Of a stretch of 32,643 nucleotides of DNA, positions 8,341-16,307 are shown piece by piece. The first letter of the stretch is position 1; each line of letters opens with the position of its first letter. The DNA comes from Acidobacteriota bacterium. GTDB lineage: Bacteria > Acidobacteriota > UBA6911. The stretch spans positions 1 through 32,643 of the forward strand of contig JAHFUH010000011.1 of NCBI GenBank assembly GCA_023265215.1, read 5' to 3'. The translations under genes and the position numbers were made by a program. The notes under the pieces are model-generated. The model made no database searches, was not told the origin of the DNA, and worked only from the letters and a program-made list of their open reading frames with translations.

Positions 8341-9122
8341 GAAATGACTGTTTGAAAGATAAGGCAGCGATCGTCACCGGAAGCAGAAGAGGCATAGGAA
8401 AAGCAATCGCGCTGGCATTTGCGGGCGCAGGCGCCGATCTTATGATTTGTGACGTGGATGTGGAGGACGGCAGACTTGCGGAAACAGCGCAACAAATCAA
8501 GCTCGCCGGCTCGCAATGCCATGCCCTCCAAACAGACGTTTCCCGGCGAAGTGATGTGGAGAATCTGGTTCAGGCCGCTGAAAATGCATTCGGCAGAATC
8601 GACATATTGGTAAACTGCGCCGGGATCTGGATTCCCGGCCAGACTTTAATTGAATGCGGAGAAGAGAACTGGGATAAGGTTATCAATACAAATCTCAAAG
8701 GCTGTTATCTCTGCTGCCAGGCGGCCGGGAAAGTGATGGCCGCTAATAAAATGGGGAGCATTGTCAACATTTCATCCCAGGTGGGATTAACGCCCGGAGC
8801 GGGAGCAGGCGCCTATCCTGTTTCCAAGGCGGGCATCATCATGCTGACCCGGCAGCTTGCGCAGGAGTTGGCCGGATTTAATGTCCGGGTGAACGCCCTG
8901 GCGCCGGGCATCGTCAAAACGGATTTCAATGCAGCGTTCTGGAAGGATCCTGCGGTGGAAAAACAGACGGCCGGCATGGTGCCGTTGAACCGGCTGGCAG
9001 AGCCGGAGGATATCGCGGAAGCCGCACTGTTCCTGGCTTCCGACAGTTCCAGTTATATAACGGGCGAAGTGCTTGCCATCAACGGCGGCTGGAAGCCGCA
9101 GTCGGCCGTCAGCAGTAGGTAA
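8337..9122 (+). CDS. short-chain dehydrogenase/reductase (SDR), FabG-like
   Basis: AAIVTGSRRGIGKAIA, NCAG and YPVSKAG motifs. The start overlaps the esterase stop (ATGA), which suggests translational coupling. Confidence 0.9.
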   Translation: MRNDCLKDKAAIVTGSRRGIGKAIALAFAGAGADLMICDVDVEDGRLAETAQQIKLAGSQCHALQTDVSRRSDVENLVQAAENAFGRIDILVNCAGIWIPGQTLIECGEENWDKVINTNLKGCYLCCQAAGKVMAANKMGSIVNISSQVGLTPGAGAGAYPVSKAGIIMLTRQLAQELAGFNVRVNALAPGIVKTDFNAAFWKDPAVEKQTAGMVPLNRLAEPEDIAEAALFLASDSSSYITGEVLAINGGWKPQSAVSSR

Positions 9123-9185
9123 GGAGCGCGGGCATGATGCCTAATGCCGCATAGTTTTTCAGATTGTGCCTATAATTCCTTTATT

Positions 9186-9763
9186 AAGCCGCGTAGCGGC
9201 GGTTAGAAAATACCCGGGGGTGAACGCCTTTTGCGAACCCCCGGTATAGCAACAAACAGAATGAGCCCTGGAAGGGCGAAAGATATGGATAAATAAACCT
9301 TTCGCCCTTCCGGGCATGAGCGTCAAACTAAGCCGCATTTCCGGAGCGCCGAAGGCGCGGCGCAGCAAAGCCCAGGGTGAAGGAGCACGCGGTAGCGGGC
9401 TCCGAAACCCTGGGTACAGAACGGGATGTGAAGCGAGCCCTGTAAGGGCGGCACAGCCGGATTGTGTCGCCCTTTCAGGGCTTTTTCTCTCCCGCATCCT
9501 AACCCAGGGCTTCGGCCGCTTTGCGGCCTTCGCCCTGGGCTTTGCTGTGCCGCGCTTTCAGCGCTAGGACTCGTTCTCTCTTAGCTTGACGCGCATGCCC
9601 TCCGGGGCTCCTTAAATACCGAACAAAAATGTTTGAAATTTAGAATATCGAACAAGGAATTTCGACAAAAACCTACATGCAGCTTGTTATACGATTCTTG
9701 GAGTCAGTATCTAATGCCTGCCGGGAGCGCGGCTACTGTCTGATTGCCGCTACGCGGCTCAAA
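9186..9763. repeat. non-coding island of at least 6 GC-rich hairpins bounded by an inverted repeat
   Basis: Hairpins read directly include ccggggg/cccccgg (9214-9243), ccctggaagggcgaaag/ctttcgcccttccggg (9265-9316), cccagggt/accctggg (9371-9414), agccctgtaagggcg/cgccctttcagggct (9436-9482) and cccagggc..ggccgc ttt gcggcc..gccctggg (9503-9538). The boundary repeat is gccgcgtagcggc (9189-9201) against gccgctacgcggc (9746-9758). Confidence 0.75.
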
Positions 9764-9803
9764 TTTGAAAACCTACGCAGCATTGGGCGGGCTGGCACGC
9801 CAA

Positions 9804-10370
9804 CTACCGAAGTCGCCGGGCGAGCTCGACGACATTCGATCCCAGCAGGCGCGCTTCATCGATGGCCGACATTTCAATCCCGCCGCCGACTCCTGTCAGC
9901 ACATCGCCGATTTCCCTGCCATAGCCGATTGCTCCGCCGGCCACAATCATTCCCTGCGCAATGCAGAATGAATTCAGCAGAGACCGTGCCTGGATTGCGC
10001 CCACCCTCCTGGTTACCACCAGCGTTCCAGCCACTTTGCCTTTCAGCGAGCGGCTCCTGAGCAGGGCAAACATGCGGTCCATAGCGGCTTTGGTTTGCGC
10101 ACTGACGCTGCCGAAATAAACCGGGCTTCCGAAGATAATGGCATCGGCCCACTCCATTTTGGTATACAGCTCCTGCATGTCATCCTGCACGATGCAAGTC
10201 CCAAGCTCGAAACAGGTGCCGCAGGCATCACACGGCGCGACCTGCTTTCCCGACATCAAAAAGGCATCCGTTTCGCAGCCAGCTTTGCGCGCCACATCCA
10301 ATATTTCATTCAACAATATTTCGGTATTCCCTTTTTTGCGCGGGCTGCCCGCAAAACCCAAAACTCTCAT
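9804..10370 (-). CDS. iron-sulfur flavoprotein / NADPH-dependent FMN reductase family (Isf-like)
   Basis: Flavodoxin-like N-terminus VLGFAGSPRKKGNT. A compact Cys motif CDACGTCFELGTC (Cx2Cx2Cx5C) is typical of Isf proteins, and FGSPVYFGSVSAQTKAAMDR is present. GGAGGA RBS upstream of ATG 10370. Confidence 0.8.
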   Translation of the reverse strand: MRVLGFAGSPRKKGNTEILLNEILDVARKAGCETDAFLMSGKQVAPCDACGTCFELGTCIVQDDMQELYTKMEWADAIIFGSPVYFGSVSAQTKAAMDRMFALLRSRSLKGKVAGTLVVTRRVGAIQARSLLNSFCIAQGMIVAGGAIGYGREIGDVLTGVGGGIEMSAIDEARLLGSNVVELARRLR

Positions 10371-10491
10371 AGCCTTCCTCCGCTATTCAGACACGCGAAT
10401 CCCAAAATTTGGGATTGTGGCGGTTGTCTCTAATTGTAATAATCGTGGCGATTATATCTTCTGTAATTGCGAATAAAAAGAACGGACGCAG

Positions 10492-12276
10492 ATGAAAATT
10501 GATCCCCGCGCTGAATATGCCAAACGGCTTAAAAAAAGAGAAGCAGCTTTGGAAAAGTGCAAGTCGCGGCATCGACAGATCGGCAATTCAAGACTCGCGG
10601 TTTTTCTGATAGCCGCAGCTCTGGCGTGGTTATCTTTCGGGTCGTATGGAATCTCTTCCTGGTGGATACTGGCGCCGTTTGTCGCATTTATTGCTCTAAT
10701 AGCATGGCACAGCCGCGTTCTGCTGGGACTCAATCGTTTGCGCCGCTCGGTTGATTTCTATATGCGTGGACTGGCGCGCATTGACCAGCAATGGAAAGGC
10801 ACAGGGGAGTCGGGAACTCGTTTTGACGACCCGGCGCATCCCTATGCACAGGATCTTGACCTTTTCGGGGCAGGCTCCTTATTCGAGCTTTTGTCGAGCG
10901 CCCGAACGCACGCAGGCGAACAGATGCTGGCGTCCTGGCTCAAGCATCCGGCGCCACTGGAGGAAATCCGCTCCAGGCAAAGCGCTGTCGATGAACTCCG
11001 ATCCCGCCTGGATTTGCGCGAAGACCTTGCAGTGCTTGGAACTGATGTGCGGACGGGCATGCATCCGGATCCACTGATCGCCTGGGGGAACAGACCCGCA
11101 GGGCCAAAAGCTATCTCATTTAGAATCATCGCCGGGTTTATCTCATTGCTTGCCCTGGCCTCGTTGGCCGTCTGGCTTGTATCGGGCCAGCGCCTTGGGT
11201 TCCTCGTGGTCGTTCTAATTGAAATCATTTTGATCTATTCCAGGCGCCACGCTGTTTCAAAGGCTGCCAGGGAAGCTGAAGAAGCAGGCCGGGATCTGCA
11301 ACTCCTCTCGCTGGTGCTGGCCCGAATTGAGAGGGAGCAGTTCACGACCAGCCATCTTCAAAGTCTGAGTTCAATGCTCAACCGTGAAGTGCGGACTCCG
11401 TCCCGGCGGATCGCACGGCTTAATTCGCTGCTTGGGCTTCTCGATTCAAGGCGAGACCTGCTTTTTGCGCCAATCGCTTTCCTTCTTCTCTGGGAAATTC
11501 AGCTGACATTTCTTATCGAGGACTGGCGAAGGGAAAACGGCGCAAAAATCGAAGGCTGGCTTGCCGCGGTAGCCCAATTCGAGGCACTTTCTTCTTTGGC
11601 CGGCTATAGCTACGAGCACCCGGACGATCCATTCCCGGAACTGGTACAGGAATCGCCCTGCTTTCAAGGTGAAGGATTAGGACATCCGCTTCTCCCGGAG
11701 AACAAATGCGTGCGCAATGACGTAAGCCTCACGGAAGATCTGAAAGTTCTGATCGTCAGCGGATCAAACATGTCCGGCAAGAGCACGCTGCTGAGAACCG
11801 TGGGAATCAATGCGGTTCTCGCCCAGGCGGGCGCACCGGTTCGAGCGCATCGATTGCGCATCGCGCCACTGGCGCTGGGAGCATCCATTCGAATCATGGA
11901 TTCGCTGCAAGCGGGAACATCCAGGTTCTACGCGGAAATCACACGGCTGCAAAAAATAGTCACGCTCGCCGAAAAACAGGCTCCCCTTTTATTTCTGCTC
12001 GACGAATTGCTCCACGGCACGAATTCTCATGACCGGCGCATCGGGGCCGAGGCCATCATTGCCGGGCTTGTGCGCCGGGATGCAATAGGGCTGTTGACAA
12101 CACACGACCTCGCGCTGTCGCATATTGCCGAAGCGCTTGCGCCGCACGCCGCAAATGTGCATTTTGAGGATCATCTCGAAGACGGCCGCATGACATTTGA
12201 TTACCAACTTCGACAAGGCATAGTGCGGAAAAGCAACGCGCTGGAACTGATGAGGTCCATCGGTCTGGAAGTCTGA
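10492..12276 (+). CDS. MutS-related ATPase with N-terminal transmembrane helices; no mismatch-binding domain and no Smr domain
   Basis: Walker A GSNMSGKST, Walker B LFLLDELLHGTNSHDR and TTHD are MutS domain V signatures. The N-terminal half has hydrophobic helices (LAVFLIAAALAWLSF, WWILAPFVAFIALIAW, IIAGFISLLALASLAVWLV, FLVVVLIEIILIY). Confidence 0.8.
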   Translation: MKIDPRAEYAKRLKKREAALEKCKSRHRQIGNSRLAVFLIAAALAWLSFGSYGISSWWILAPFVAFIALIAWHSRVLLGLNRLRRSVDFYMRGLARIDQQWKGTGESGTRFDDPAHPYAQDLDLFGAGSLFELLSSARTHAGEQMLASWLKHPAPLEEIRSRQSAVDELRSRLDLREDLAVLGTDVRTGMHPDPLIAWGNRPAGPKAISFRIIAGFISLLALASLAVWLVSGQRLGFLVVVLIEIILIYSRRHAVSKAAREAEEAGRDLQLLSLVLARIEREQFTTSHLQSLSSMLNREVRTPSRRIARLNSLLGLLDSRRDLLFAPIAFLLLWEIQLTFLIEDWRRENGAKIEGWLAAVAQFEALSSLAGYSYEHPDDPFPELVQESPCFQGEGLGHPLLPENKCVRNDVSLTEDLKVLIVSGSNMSGKSTLLRTVGINAVLAQAGAPVRAHRLRIAPLALGASIRIMDSLQAGTSRFYAEITRLQKIVTLAEKQAPLLFLLDELLHGTNSHDRRIGAEAIIAGLVRRDAIGLLTTHDLALSHIAEALAPHAANVHFEDHLEDGRMTFDYQLRQGIVRKSNALELMRSIGLEV

Positions 12277-12281
12277 AAAGA

Positions 12282-12338
12282 GGGACGCGGAATACGCGGA
12301 TATATTCATGTAATTTTTCCCGCGTTCTTCCGCGTTCT
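12282..12338. terminator. imperfect hairpin of tandem CGCGGAA-type units between convergent genes (possible bidirectional terminator)
   Basis: gggacgcggaatacgcgga, an AT-rich loop, then tcccgcgttcttccgcgttc. It lies between the mutS-like stop (12276) and the wecB stop (12355). The arm 12283-12300 matches 30773-30790 in reverse complement at 17/18. Confidence 0.45.
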
Positions 12339-12354
12339 TTGGGCCAGACACCAA

Positions 12355-13437
12355 TCAACAGTAAACGGTTGCAATGGTCTCGGCAATCCTCTGGGCTGCC
12401 ATCCCATCCCATAAAGGCGGAATCTTGGCCGCTTTGCGCACTCTGTTTTGACTGCACCTATAGCCTTCCACAATGGCATCCGGATCCGTTCCCACAACCA
12501 GATTCGATCCCATTTCGACCGTGCAAGGCCGGTCTGTTTTCGCCTGCAGCGTCAGGCACGGGACATTCAGAATCGTCGTTTCTTCCTGAACACCCCCTGA
12601 ATCTGTAAAAACAGCCTTTGCCGAAGAAACCAGCTTTATAAAATCCAGATAGCCGAGAGGATCAATGAATTTGATGTGCGAGCTGTTGCTTTGCATCTCC
12701 GACACCGATAATTGCGCCCGAGTGCGCGGATGCATGGGAAAAATCACCGGCATTTCCCGGCCGATTGTTTTCATTGCTGAAATAATCCCGGAAAGAGCCC
12801 CGGATTCAAGATTGGATCTGTGGTGCACAGTAACAACTGCGTACGGGCTGTCTCCAATCTCAAGCGCGGAAAGAATTTTCGATATTTGCGCCTTTTCCCT
12901 GTTATGCGCCAGTGTATCGGCAATTAAATTCCCGGCAAAACAAATCTTGCTTTCCGGAATACCCTCCCGGCGCAAGTTCTCAATCGCGCTCTGCTCAGAA
13001 CAGAACAGCAGATCGCTGAGACTGTCGGTCAGAACCCGGTTGGTTTCCTCCGGCATGGATCGATCGAAACTTCGCAGACCGGCTTCGACATGTATAACCT
13101 TTATCCTCATTTTGGCCGCAATCAGCACACAGGCGATGGCACGGTGAACATTGCCCACCACCAGGACGCAATCGGGACGCTGCTCCATCAACAGAGATTC
13201 AAAACGCATGATTACAGCGGCATATTGAGATGCCAGGCTTCCGCCGTCCACGCTGAGGTTGATGTCCGGTACCGGGATGGCTAACTGGTGAAAAATTAAT
13301 CCGCACATTCTCCAATCGTCGCACTGCCCAGCATTCACAAGCACGGGATCGATTACCGGCGGTCGATTCAAAGCATTCAAAAGCGGAGCTATTTTAATGA
13401 AATCGGGACGCGCCCCTGTAACCAGAATTATCTTCAT
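12355..13437 (-). CDS. wecB: UDP-N-acetylglucosamine 2-epimerase (non-hydrolysing)
   Basis: MKIILVTGARPDFIKIAPL N-terminus, HVEAGLRSFD and DSGGVQEE motifs typical of WecB/MnaA. Confidence 0.9.
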   Translation of the reverse strand: MKIILVTGARPDFIKIAPLLNALNRPPVIDPVLVNAGQCDDWRMCGLIFHQLAIPVPDINLSVDGGSLASQYAAVIMRFESLLMEQRPDCVLVVGNVHRAIACVLIAAKMRIKVIHVEAGLRSFDRSMPEETNRVLTDSLSDLLFCSEQSAIENLRREGIPESKICFAGNLIADTLAHNREKAQISKILSALEIGDSPYAVVTVHHRSNLESGALSGIISAMKTIGREMPVIFPMHPRTRAQLSVSEMQSNSSHIKFIDPLGYLDFIKLVSSAKAVFTDSGGVQEETTILNVPCLTLQAKTDRPCTVEMGSNLVVGTDPDAIVEGYRCSQNRVRKAAKIPPLWDGMAAQRIAETIATVYC

Positions 13438-13869
13438 AGGCTATTTCCAGACACAACATCCTTGTTTGTCTTTGTACTGCACACATTAGCTTTAAACGGT
13501 TAATTTGCGCGCGCCAAGAATAAAGCAATAAGCATTCCAAACATGTTCAAAGGCCTTTTTATTGGGAATTTATAATTCCGCCTGTCGGAATGCCATTTTA
13601 TTTGGCAGAATAAATTACACTTTCACGGCATTTGATTTGACCAAAATTTGACAGATTGTCCCAACACTAATTATTAATAAATACTTATGGCAACATTAGA
13701 ATATTATTATTAATGTTGGAAATAGTGACAGGACAAACAAAAATTACGAATGGAATCATCCACAATTTAAGTTTGTGGTTTCAGACAATGCAGGATAATT
13801 ACAGATTGCCGAACTGCCAATATCGATCGGATGTTTAATTTGTCACTCGTAATTCGCAATTCGTAATTA

Positions 13870-14901
13870 TTATTGCGGCTGATCGGACATCCCCATCTCA
13901 TACGTGCTCCAGCCCGAGTTCATTCCATAAGGCGCCTGGAGCAGAATTGCCTCGACTTTGCGGATCTTCCCCTTATCGATTTTAAAAAGCTCTGCAATTT
14001 GCCAAGTCCATGGAATGACTGGGCCTGAAGTCACAATGCGTCCGTCAGGGGTTGGGAAAGTCCGGGTCTTGCCTGCGGCGTGATCGAAGAAAACGAAGCT
14101 GAATACCACGCCGCGTTCGCGATCGACCGCTATAAATCGCCGGTCGCGGGCGCGAGTCAGGAAATGAATAAGTCCGGACTCAAACTGTTCCTTGCAGCCC
14201 CAAGCGGCAGAATATACAGACGCCGTTTTCGGATCGAGCCTTTGCTCCCCGGGTTTCACGGGAACATTGGTTGTCTGCATGCCGTTCTCGAACCGGTCGC
14301 AATCGTCGGAAAAAGGATATGCTTTATTGCCGTCATTCAGCTGGATTCCGGAAAAGTACACGTTTGCGATTCGGATCAACTCCTCGCGGGACGGCCGGTC
14401 TGCCGCAGGAATCACTTCATTAAAAACCGGATGCGGTGCCCCCGCTTTTTCGATGCTCGCACCCGCTGGCGGCATTTGGGAACCGTTTTCCCCGCGTACA
14501 ACGAGCTGTTCCGCCTCTGAAATTTCATTGTTTTGAATTTTAAGACGAAGCGCAACGGCGACGGAGTCCCCCTCACCACCAGTCCGGCTTTGCTCGCGGA
14601 GAGTGCCGATAAACCCAATCTGCTGAACTTCAACATCTGGAACATAGTGCCGGTATGTCCCTTTCCCAACTATGCTGGACCAAAGACCCTCACCCAACTG
14701 GAGACGCACTCCATTTTCGGTAAACCGGACATCTTCGGTAAATGGAACTTTTCCGGGATCATGCGCGACCATGGCATCGATATATTCATCGACGAATTTC
14801 TCCAGGCAGGCACGATCGCAATTCGTCTTTGCACCGGAGCAGCCTGCCGAAATGGCAATTAAGACAGCTATTGCGATTATGCCGAATGTAGTATTTCGCA
14901 T
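13870..14901 (-). CDS. hypothetical lipoprotein (343 aa), function unknown
   Basis: I placed the start at ATG 14901, with GGGAGG 4 nt upstream. The lipobox-like signal is IAIAVLIAISAGCSG. I recognise no catalytic motif. The track extension to 15144 only reads through the upstream repeat. Confidence 0.6.
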   Translation of the reverse strand: MRNTTFGIIAIAVLIAISAGCSGAKTNCDRACLEKFVDEYIDAMVAHDPGKVPFTEDVRFTENGVRLQLGEGLWSSIVGKGTYRHYVPDVEVQQIGFIGTLREQSRTGGEGDSVAVALRLKIQNNEISEAEQLVVRGENGSQMPPAGASIEKAGAPHPVFNEVIPAADRPSREELIRIANVYFSGIQLNDGNKAYPFSDDCDRFENGMQTTNVPVKPGEQRLDPKTASVYSAAWGCKEQFESGLIHFLTRARDRRFIAVDRERGVVFSFVFFDHAAGKTRTFPTPDGRIVTSGPVIPWTWQIAELFKIDKGKIRKVEAILLQAPYGMNSGWSTYEMGMSDQPQ

Positions 14902-14903
14902 CC

Positions 14904-15080
14904 TGCCTCCCTGCTTTTTTTCGGGGTCGGGGTCGGTATCGGTATCGGGGTCGGCTTTTAAAAAACCTCCACCACGATTTGGCATATTATCTAATCCTGA
15001 CCATCCAATTTGATCCAACAAATTAGTCTTGCTGAATTCAAAAGCCGACCCCGATACCGACCCCGATGCCCGACCCCGAA
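14904..15080. repeat. hairpin cassette copy 1: tandem GGGGTCGGTATC-type arms, 80-nt loop, adjoining RBS block
   Basis: The arms tcggggtcggggtcggtatcggtatcggggtcggctttt (14921-14959) and aaaagccgaccccgataccgaccccgatgcccgaccccgaa (15040-15080) have 19 bp perfect pairing next to the loop and slipped pairing beyond. The 26-nt block tgcctccctgcttttttcggggtcgg is shared with copy 2. Confidence 0.9.
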
Positions 15081-15119
15081 TAAGAGCTGTTGTCGGAACC
15101 GGTTGAATAGCCCCGCTGA

Positions 15120-15248
15120 CCAATCTTTGTGAGCATGGCAACAATACGGTCGAGAAGTTCCTTTGCTTCTTTCACATAAACGATATGCCCACCTCTTATA
15201 TTCGATGGAAAATTTGCATGCATCAAGTTTTTCGTATCCGAAGCCCAT
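15120..15248 (-). pseudogene. possible remnant of a four-helix-bundle (23S rRNA IVS-type) protein gene with an internal deletion or frameshift
   Basis: ATG 15248 follows the same GGGAGG block as the lipoprotein gene. Frame A reads MGFGYEKLDACKFSIEYKRWAYRLCE, which resembles the N-terminal helix of that family. From about 15169 a second frame reads EAKELLDRIVAMLTKIGQRG, which resembles the C-terminal helix. The family resemblance is from memory only. Confidence 0.3.
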
Positions 15249-15402
15249 TGCCTCCCTGCTTTTTTCGGGGTCGGCTTTGGTAGAACCTCAACCACCATTT
15301 AACGTTCTTCCTAATTGTGACTACCCAACTCGATCCAACAAATTAGGCTTGCTGAATTAAAAAGCCGACCCCGATACCGACCCCGACGCCCGACCCCGAT
15401 GG
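15249..15402. repeat. hairpin cassette copy 2 (same family as 14904-15080)
   Basis: It starts with the same 26-nt block. The short left arm is ttcggggtcggcttt (15264-15278). The right arm is aaaaagccgaccccgataccgaccccgacgcccgaccccgatgg (15359-15402). The loop is about 70 percent identical to copy 1 by eye, and the block gatccaacaaattagKcttgctgaatt is nearly identical. Confidence 0.9.
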
Positions 15403-15406
15403 GTTG

Positions 15407-16171
15407 TTACAGGAGATGGATGAGAAAATCGAGAGCGGCAATAAGAACCAGTCCCAAAGCAAAATTGATCAGCACCAGCTTCTTGCCGTGTTTGACGAGT
15501 TCTCCGAATACTGCGTGAATAGCCAGGTAGATAAAACCGCCTCCAACATGCGCCAGGACAATATCAAGCCAAAAGCCGGATATCCTGGGCGCTGCAAAAA
15601 TACCTATGGCGCCGCCCAGTAATGTCGTGGCTTCCACTGCCGCCACCAGCATCAGTGCCGAAGTGCGGCGGAAGCCGGATGCAAGCAGCAGCGCGCATAA
15701 CGTAAGCCCCTCGGGAATCTTGTGAACGCATATGGCGAGAAGAAGCGAGGCGTCGAGCCCTCCGGAAATCATCACTTCCCGACCAAAGGCGAGCGCCAGT
15801 CCATCCATGGTGCTGTGCAGGCTTAGCGCTATAACCATGGCCATCGCAATCTCGCTGAAGTGATGTGTGGCCGATTCGTCGAAATGACTCGCAGCGCATG
15901 CAGGGCAGACGTGGAAGACATAACGGCTCACCAGGGAAAAAACCACATACCCGGAAAGCAAACCCAAAGCCAGTTCCCACAAAGGGACAGCACTGAAAAC
16001 CTCGGGAATAATGGAGAAAAGCGTAACGCCAAGAAGAGTTCCGGCGGCAAGGCTGATCAAGCGGCAGAGACGCTGGTGAGAAACGGCAATCATGGAGCTG
16101 ATCGCGCCCCCCACCATGGCCAGCAAAAAAGCCAATAAAACCCTAATAGTCACAGCCCCGAGATACGGCAA
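15407..16171 (-). CDS. ZIP-family divalent metal (zinc/iron) transporter
   Basis: A polytopic membrane protein with the ZIP signature HKIPEGL in a late helix and a histidine-containing central segment (AASHFDESATHHFSE). The TTG start at 16171 is preceded by GGAGGG; the exact start is uncertain. Confidence 0.8.
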   Translation of the reverse strand: MPYLGAVTIRVLLAFLLAMVGGAISSMIAVSHQRLCRLISLAAGTLLGVTLFSIIPEVFSAVPLWELALGLLSGYVVFSLVSRYVFHVCPACAASHFDESATHHFSEIAMAMVIALSLHSTMDGLALAFGREVMISGGLDASLLLAICVHKIPEGLTLCALLLASGFRRTSALMLVAAVEATTLLGGAIGIFAAPRISGFWLDIVLAHVGGGFIYLAIHAVFGELVKHGKKLVLINFALGLVLIAALDFLIHLL

Positions 16172-16184
16172 ATTCCCTCCTGCG

Positions 16185-16204
16185 AATGCAAAGGAGTTTG
16201 CATT
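16185..16204. promoter_or_regulatory. 8-4-8 inverted repeat AATGCAAA-GGAG-TTTGCATT in the ZIP / cyclophilin divergent region (candidate operator)
   Basis: Read directly. It lies 14-33 nt upstream of the ZIP transporter start. Further TTGCA motifs occur at 16236-16240 and 16248-16252. No known operator consensus was matched. Confidence 0.25.
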
Positions 16205-16307
16205 GTAAATAATGTAGGCATACTGTCAAGTTATTTGCAACGGCTCTTGCATTACAAGAACGTGCAGGATAGGATTACTTTCCCCCTTGGAAAATACGGA
16301 GATACTG

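Noticed and set aside
9788-9805. TGGCAC at 9793-9798 (and another at 1913-1918) considered as -24 elements.
   Set aside because: No TTGC-type -12 element occurs at the required spacing. The second lies inside a coding region.
9159-10060. ORFs of 83-127 aa (9159-9497 minus, 9316-9567 plus, 9677-10060 plus) in the hairpin island.
   Set aside because: They read through palindromic repeats on both strands and have no RBS or recognisable domain. The last one overlaps the well-supported flavoprotein gene on the opposite strand.
13525-13539. A minus-strand sequence TGGAATGCTTATTGC with correct -24/-12 spacing, 88 nt upstream of wecB.
   Set aside because: The -24 element deviates (TGGAAT) and it lies in a very AT-rich background where such matches arise by chance. 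Nothing else links wecB to sigma-54. It is worth a matrix scan but not a call.
14902-15144. An N-terminal extension of the lipoprotein ORF (track start 15144) containing PDTDTDPDPE.
   Set aside because: The extension is only a translation of the tandem-repeat hairpin. An internal ATG at 14901 has a GGGAGG RBS and is followed at once by a lipoprotein signal peptide.
1523-15402. The tandem short repeats were considered as possible CRISPR arrays.
   Set aside because: The units are only 7-12 nt and directly abutting, with no unique spacers of 25-40 nt. No cas genes are present in the window.
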